DNA of 39,077 nt from Kiritimatiellota bacterium (GTDB taxonomy: Bacteria; Verrucomicrobiota; Kiritimatiellia; CAIQIC01), in the NCBI GenBank assembly GCA_026398385.1, contig JAPLSZ010000253.1, forward strand, positions 1 through 39,077, given 5' to 3'. The position numbers and the translations under genes are program-made. Below, piece after piece: positions 35,478 to 39,077 of this stretch; within the stretch, counting starts at the first letter, position 1, and the number at the start of each line of letters is the position of its first letter. Below the pieces are notes generated by a model. The model was given only the letters and a program-made list of their open reading frames with translations, was not told the origin of the DNA and did not search any database.

Positions 35478-37136
35478 ATGACCCGCTTGCATATTTCCAG
35501 GCCGGCAGGCCTTGCTCGACTCGTAACCGTCGGCGCGCTACTCGGAGCGCTCTCCGCCGCAGGCGCGTTGGTCATCGAGGCCGAGAAGGCCGCCACCAAA
35601 ACCACGGGCGCGGCGAACCATGGCGGGGGCTGGAATCTGTACAGCAACGGGGAAGTCGGCCAGATGGTCCGCATTGCAGCGGCTGGCAACTATCAGGTGG
35701 TCGTGCGCGCCTGGGGCAGCGTCGCCGGTGGCGTTTGGCCGGAGATGGCACTGCGGGTGGATGGCCACCCGGTCAAAACGGTCGCGGTGAACTCGACGAA
35801 CCAGGCCGATTACCACTTTACGGTTGATCTGCCGGCCGGGACGCGCGAGATCGCGGCGGCGTTCCTGAACGACGCCATGATCGGCAAGGAAGACCGCAAT
35901 CTTTATCTCGAACGCTTCACGATTATCCCGCCCGCCGACATACCGGGGCCCGCGTTGAGCGACGGCCGGGAGCTGGCGGAGCAAGCCGAGCGACGCGAAG
36001 GCGAAATCATCGTCGCGACCGCGGCCGCCATCGAAAAGAATCGCAAATCCGACGCGGTCGTCCGCGTGGTGGATGCCGCCGGCAAACCGGTGGCCGGCGC
36101 CCAGATCGCCGTCATACAAACAGCGCACGAATTCCTCTTCGGCTGCAACATCTACGAGTTCAAGAGTGGCGACCCCTACCGGCAACGGTTCGCGGAGTTG
36201 TTCAACTACGCCACGGTCGGGTTCTACTGGCGTTGGTACGAGCGGGAACACGGCCAGCCGAAATACGCCGACACCGACCCGGTCGTCGCGTGGTGCCTCG
36301 CGCACGACATCCGGATGAAGGGGCATCCATTGCTCTGGGGCCACGAAGCCGGCATACCACCGTGGTCCAAAGGCCAGCCCACGCCCGAGATCCAGCGGCA
36401 GCGGGTCGCCGATATCATGACCCGGTATCGCGACAAGATTTTTGCCTGGGAAGTCGTCAACGAACCAGCGCACCAGCCGATCCCGAAGATCGACGCGCCA
36501 TACCGCTGGGCGCGCGCCATCCACTCCAACGCCTACCTGATCGTCAACGACTACAACATCCTGGCCGACGGTTGTCCGCCGTTCTTCCAACTGCTGACGA
36601 CGGCCAAGCAGAGCGGCGTCCCGTTCGACGGCATCGGCATCCAGGCGCACGAGCCGCGCGCGCAACGCTTCCCGCTCGACCGCGTCCAGCGCATCCTCGA
36701 CCGCTACGCCACGCTCGGCAAGGAACTGCACATCACCGAATTCACTCCGGCGTCTAGCGGCGAGAAGATTACCGGCGCGCACGGTTGCGGCGTCTGGAAC
36801 GAAGCCGCGCAGGCGGATTACGCCGTGAAGTTCTACCGGGTTTGTTTCGCGCACCCCGCCGTGCGCGCCATTACGTGGTGGGACTTGAGCGACAAAGGGG
36901 CGTGGCGCAAAGGGGGCGGGCTGTTGCGCGCCGACATGTCACCGAAGCCGGTCTACGACGCACTGAAGCGGCTGATTCACACGGAGTGGAAAACCAACAG
37001 CGCCGGCCGCACGGATGCCGAAGGCCGATTCACCTTCCGTGGCTTCAGGGGTCGCTACCGGCTCGTAGTGAACGGCGTGGAGCAACCGTTCCAACTCGGG
37101 CCGGGTGCGACGGACGTCACGATCACAGTGCCGTAA
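35478..37136 (+). CDS. Secreted GH10 glycoside hydrolase (xylanase-like) with an N-terminal CBM60-like module
   Basis: Signal-like N-terminus, AFLND...EDRNLYL, KGHPLLW, WEVVNEP (acid/base), IGIQAH, HITEF (nucleophile), PKPVY, FRGFRGRY. An alternative start is ATG 35442. Confidence 0.85.
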   Translation: MTRLHISRPAGLARLVTVGALLGALSAAGALVIEAEKAATKTTGAANHGGGWNLYSNGEVGQMVRIAAAGNYQVVVRAWGSVAGGVWPEMALRVDGHPVKTVAVNSTNQADYHFTVDLPAGTREIAAAFLNDAMIGKEDRNLYLERFTIIPPADIPGPALSDGRELAEQAERREGEIIVATAAAIEKNRKSDAVVRVVDAAGKPVAGAQIAVIQTAHEFLFGCNIYEFKSGDPYRQRFAELFNYATVGFYWRWYEREHGQPKYADTDPVVAWCLAHDIRMKGHPLLWGHEAGIPPWSKGQPTPEIQRQRVADIMTRYRDKIFAWEVVNEPAHQPIPKIDAPYRWARAIHSNAYLIVNDYNILADGCPPFFQLLTTAKQSGVPFDGIGIQAHEPRAQRFPLDRVQRILDRYATLGKELHITEFTPASSGEKITGAHGCGVWNEAAQADYAVKFYRVCFAHPAVRAITWWDLSDKGAWRKGGGLLRADMSPKPVYDALKRLIHTEWKTNSAGRTDAEGRFTFRGFRGRYRLVVNGVEQPFQLGPGATDVTITVP

Positions 37137-37249
37137 CCCGACGCGGTGGGAACTCGACTGTTGGCGTCAAGCCCTTTATCCCGACCTCTCGGAGCGCCGG
37201 GACTTCTGCGGCATTCTTGGGCCCGAAAGCGCGCTCCGCATCCGCCGGA

Positions 37250-37278
37250 TTGACACCCCCGATGCCGCCGACTATCGT
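37250..37278 (+). promoter_or_regulatory. Putative promoter of the HExxH protein gene
   Basis: TTGACA-N17-TATCGT, with ATG 7 nt downstream. Confidence 0.6.
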
Positions 37279-37285
37279 CGGCGCC

Positions 37286-38254
37286 ATGACATATTGCACA
37301 GGACATCGGGAGCAGCGGCCGGTGGCCGGCGAGGCCGGACAGTCAGGGCGGAGGGGCCGGGTACGGCAGGGCGCCGCCCGGCTCCTCGTGATGTGGTTGG
37401 CGGCGGCTGGCGCGTCTCGTGCTGCTCCACCCCCGGCATCCAATCAGGTCGCCCGGCTCACAGACGCCAGCATATGGAAGGTGGTCAAAGCCGACGAGAT
37501 GGACACCACGGCCTGCCTGTCGCGGGACAAGACGTTGATCGAGGAGCCCGGAAACAAGTGGAAGCACGCCCAGACCGAGCACTTTGTCATCCACTACGAA
37601 ATGGAGCTGTTCGCCCTCAAGGTCGCCCACATGGCCGAATTCTTCTACAGCTACATTCCCCAGGATCTCCAGGGCTCGCGGGATCAGACGCAGGGCCGGT
37701 CGCACCTGTTCATCTTCCGCACCGAGCACCGGTGGAAGAACTTCCTGGAAAGCCAGTCCGATCAGAAAGCCTGGGTCTATTCCTTTGTCCACGGGCCCTC
37801 GCTCTACCTCCAGCAGGCCGATACCCGGAACAAAAGCGCCGATGTCCTGGCCCATGAGATGACGCACTTGGTGATCAACCGCTTTATCCATGGCGGACTG
37901 CCCCTCTGGCTGAACGAGGGCGTCGCCGAATACTACGGCGAATTCGCCAATGCCGCCTTCCGCGGCACCACCCGCAATCCGCGCCTGGCCTTCCGGTCGC
38001 TGCGCGAGGCGATGGACCTGCGCACCCTGCTCGCCACCGCGGCCTATCCCGGGGACAACCAGGCGGTCCATCGTTTCTACCAATCCTCCAAATACTTCGT
38101 CGGCTTTCTCCTCACCAAGAAGCCCCGTGACAAGTTCCCCGCCTTCCTCGCGGCGGTCGCGGCGGGCAAGGCCCCCGAGGAAGCCCTGCAGGAGCATTAC
38201 GGCTTCAGCGATCTGAAGGAAGTCGAGAAGGAATTCGCCCGCTTCACCCGCTGA
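37286..38254 (+). CDS. Exported zincin-like (peptidase MA / DUF1570-like) protein
   Basis: QTEHFVIHY, VLAHEMTHLV, LPLWLNEGVAEY, FYQSS. Signal-like segment RLLVMWLAAAGASRA. Confidence 0.75.
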   Translation: MTYCTGHREQRPVAGEAGQSGRRGRVRQGAARLLVMWLAAAGASRAAPPPASNQVARLTDASIWKVVKADEMDTTACLSRDKTLIEEPGNKWKHAQTEHFVIHYEMELFALKVAHMAEFFYSYIPQDLQGSRDQTQGRSHLFIFRTEHRWKNFLESQSDQKAWVYSFVHGPSLYLQQADTRNKSADVLAHEMTHLVINRFIHGGLPLWLNEGVAEYYGEFANAAFRGTTRNPRLAFRSLREAMDLRTLLATAAYPGDNQAVHRFYQSSKYFVGFLLTKKPRDKFPAFLAAVAAGKAPEEALQEHYGFSDLKEVEKEFARFTR

Positions 38255-38283
38255 AAAAACACGGCGGCTGGCGCCGTGTTTTT
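38255..38283. terminator. Bidirectional intrinsic terminator between convergent genes
   Basis: AAAAA-CACGGCG-GCTGG-CGCCGTG-TTTTT. Confidence 0.8.
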
Positions 38284-39077
38284 CACCCGACGACGAGATT
38301 CAGCAGACGGCCGGGGACGAAGATCTGCTTGCGGATGGTCTGGCCGGCGAGATGGGCGGCGATGGTGGCGTCGGACTGCGCGGCGGCGACGATCTCGGCC
38401 TGTGCCGCGCCGGTCGGAACGGTGACCTTGCCGCGCAGCTTGCCGTTGACCTGCACCGGGATTTCCATCGTGTCCTGCACGAGGCAGGCGGCGTCGCAGG
38501 CCGGCCACGGCTCAAAGGCCAACGTGCCGGCATGGCCCAGCCGCTGCCACAGTTCCTCCGCCAGGTGCGGCGCAAAGGGGCTCAGCAGCAGGACAAAGGT
38601 TTCCAGCACCGCCCGGGGCCGCTGGGTCCAGCGTTGGCACGCGTTGACGAATTCCATCATCGTGGAAATCGCGGTGTTAAAGCGCAGGCCGTCGAGACCG
38701 GCGGTGACGTCTTTGATCGTCCGATGCAGCCAGCGCAACTGGTCGCGGGTCGGCGCGACGGCGACCAGCTCCGGCAGCAGCGTGTCGGCGCGATCGTCCA
38801 TGAACAGCCGCCAGACGCGATTGAGGAAACGATGCACGCCCTCGACGCCCTGCATGCTCCACGGTTTGACCTGCTCCAGCGGGCCCATGAACATCTCGTA
38901 GAGCCGGAGCGTGTCGGCGCCGTAGTCGCGGACCACGTCGTCCGGATTGATGACGTTGCCGCGGCTCTTCGACATCTTGAAACTGCGGGCGGCGATGCGG
39001 ATAGCGGGCTCCGGTTTCCAGACGAAGAGATCCCCGTGTTTGTCCACCTGCTCGCCCGTGATTTTTTCCGCCACCAG
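38283..39077 (-). CDS. leuS: Leucyl-tRNA synthetase, 3' part (5' end lies beyond the window)
   Basis: KMSKSRGNVINPD, YGADTLRLYEMFMGP, FNTAIS, PVQVNGKLR, LLNLVV. Confidence 0.96.
   Translation of the reverse strand: MVAEKITGEQVDKHGDLFVWKPEPAIRIAARSFKMSKSRGNVINPDDVVRDYGADTLRLYEMFMGPLEQVKPWSMQGVEGVHRFLNRVWRLFMDDRADTLLPELVAVAPTRDQLRWLHRTIKDVTAGLDGLRFNTAISTMMEFVNACQRWTQRPRAVLETFVLLLSPFAPHLAEELWQRLGHAGTLAFEPWPACDAACLVQDTMEIPVQVNGKLRGKVTVPTGAAQAEIVAAAQSDATIAAHLAGQTIRKQIFVPGRLLNLVVG

Overview
GC-rich bacterial chromosome window, mostly housekeeping and envelope genes. The gene content and order (Verru_Chthon-like pilin cassette, kdsB-kdsA-lptCAB-hpf-ptsH-ptsI-metK block) suggest the PVC superphylum, e.g. 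Kiritimatiellota, Lentisphaerota or Verrucomicrobiota; this is inference. Left to right: miaB, a four-helix-bundle/zinc-ribbon gene, a frameshifted GT4 glycosyltransferase, a small coiled-coil gene, wzt-wzm, clpB, a stand-alone Ngg-like ATP-grasp gene with an FHA gene, UDP-glucuronate decarboxylase, a TrmH-family methyltransferase, a seven-gene prepilin cassette, metK, ptsI, ptsH, hpf, lptBAC, kdsA, kdsB, vapBC, rplM-rpsI, argJ-argB, accB-accC, gmhA, a PfkB kinase, alr, a GH10 glycoside hydrolase, an HExxH peptidase-like protein and the 3' part of leuS. I saw no tRNA, rRNA, CRISPR array or intact transposase. The most unusual layer is a dense set of short repeats: 7-mer and 9-mer tandem arrays, a two-copy ~140-bp MITE-like element and several GT(A/G)G REP/REPIN families. 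Several of these are translated as protein termini. Two prepilins have long leader peptides encoded by 7-nt tandem repeats that run up to the G|F cleavage site. Other oddities are MiaB with CxxxYxxC instead of CxxxCxxC, an ATP-grasp domain with E-I-S instead of E-x-N, several probable leaderless genes and a 154-nt intergenic hairpin. All calls come from reading motifs by eye; no database searches were run.
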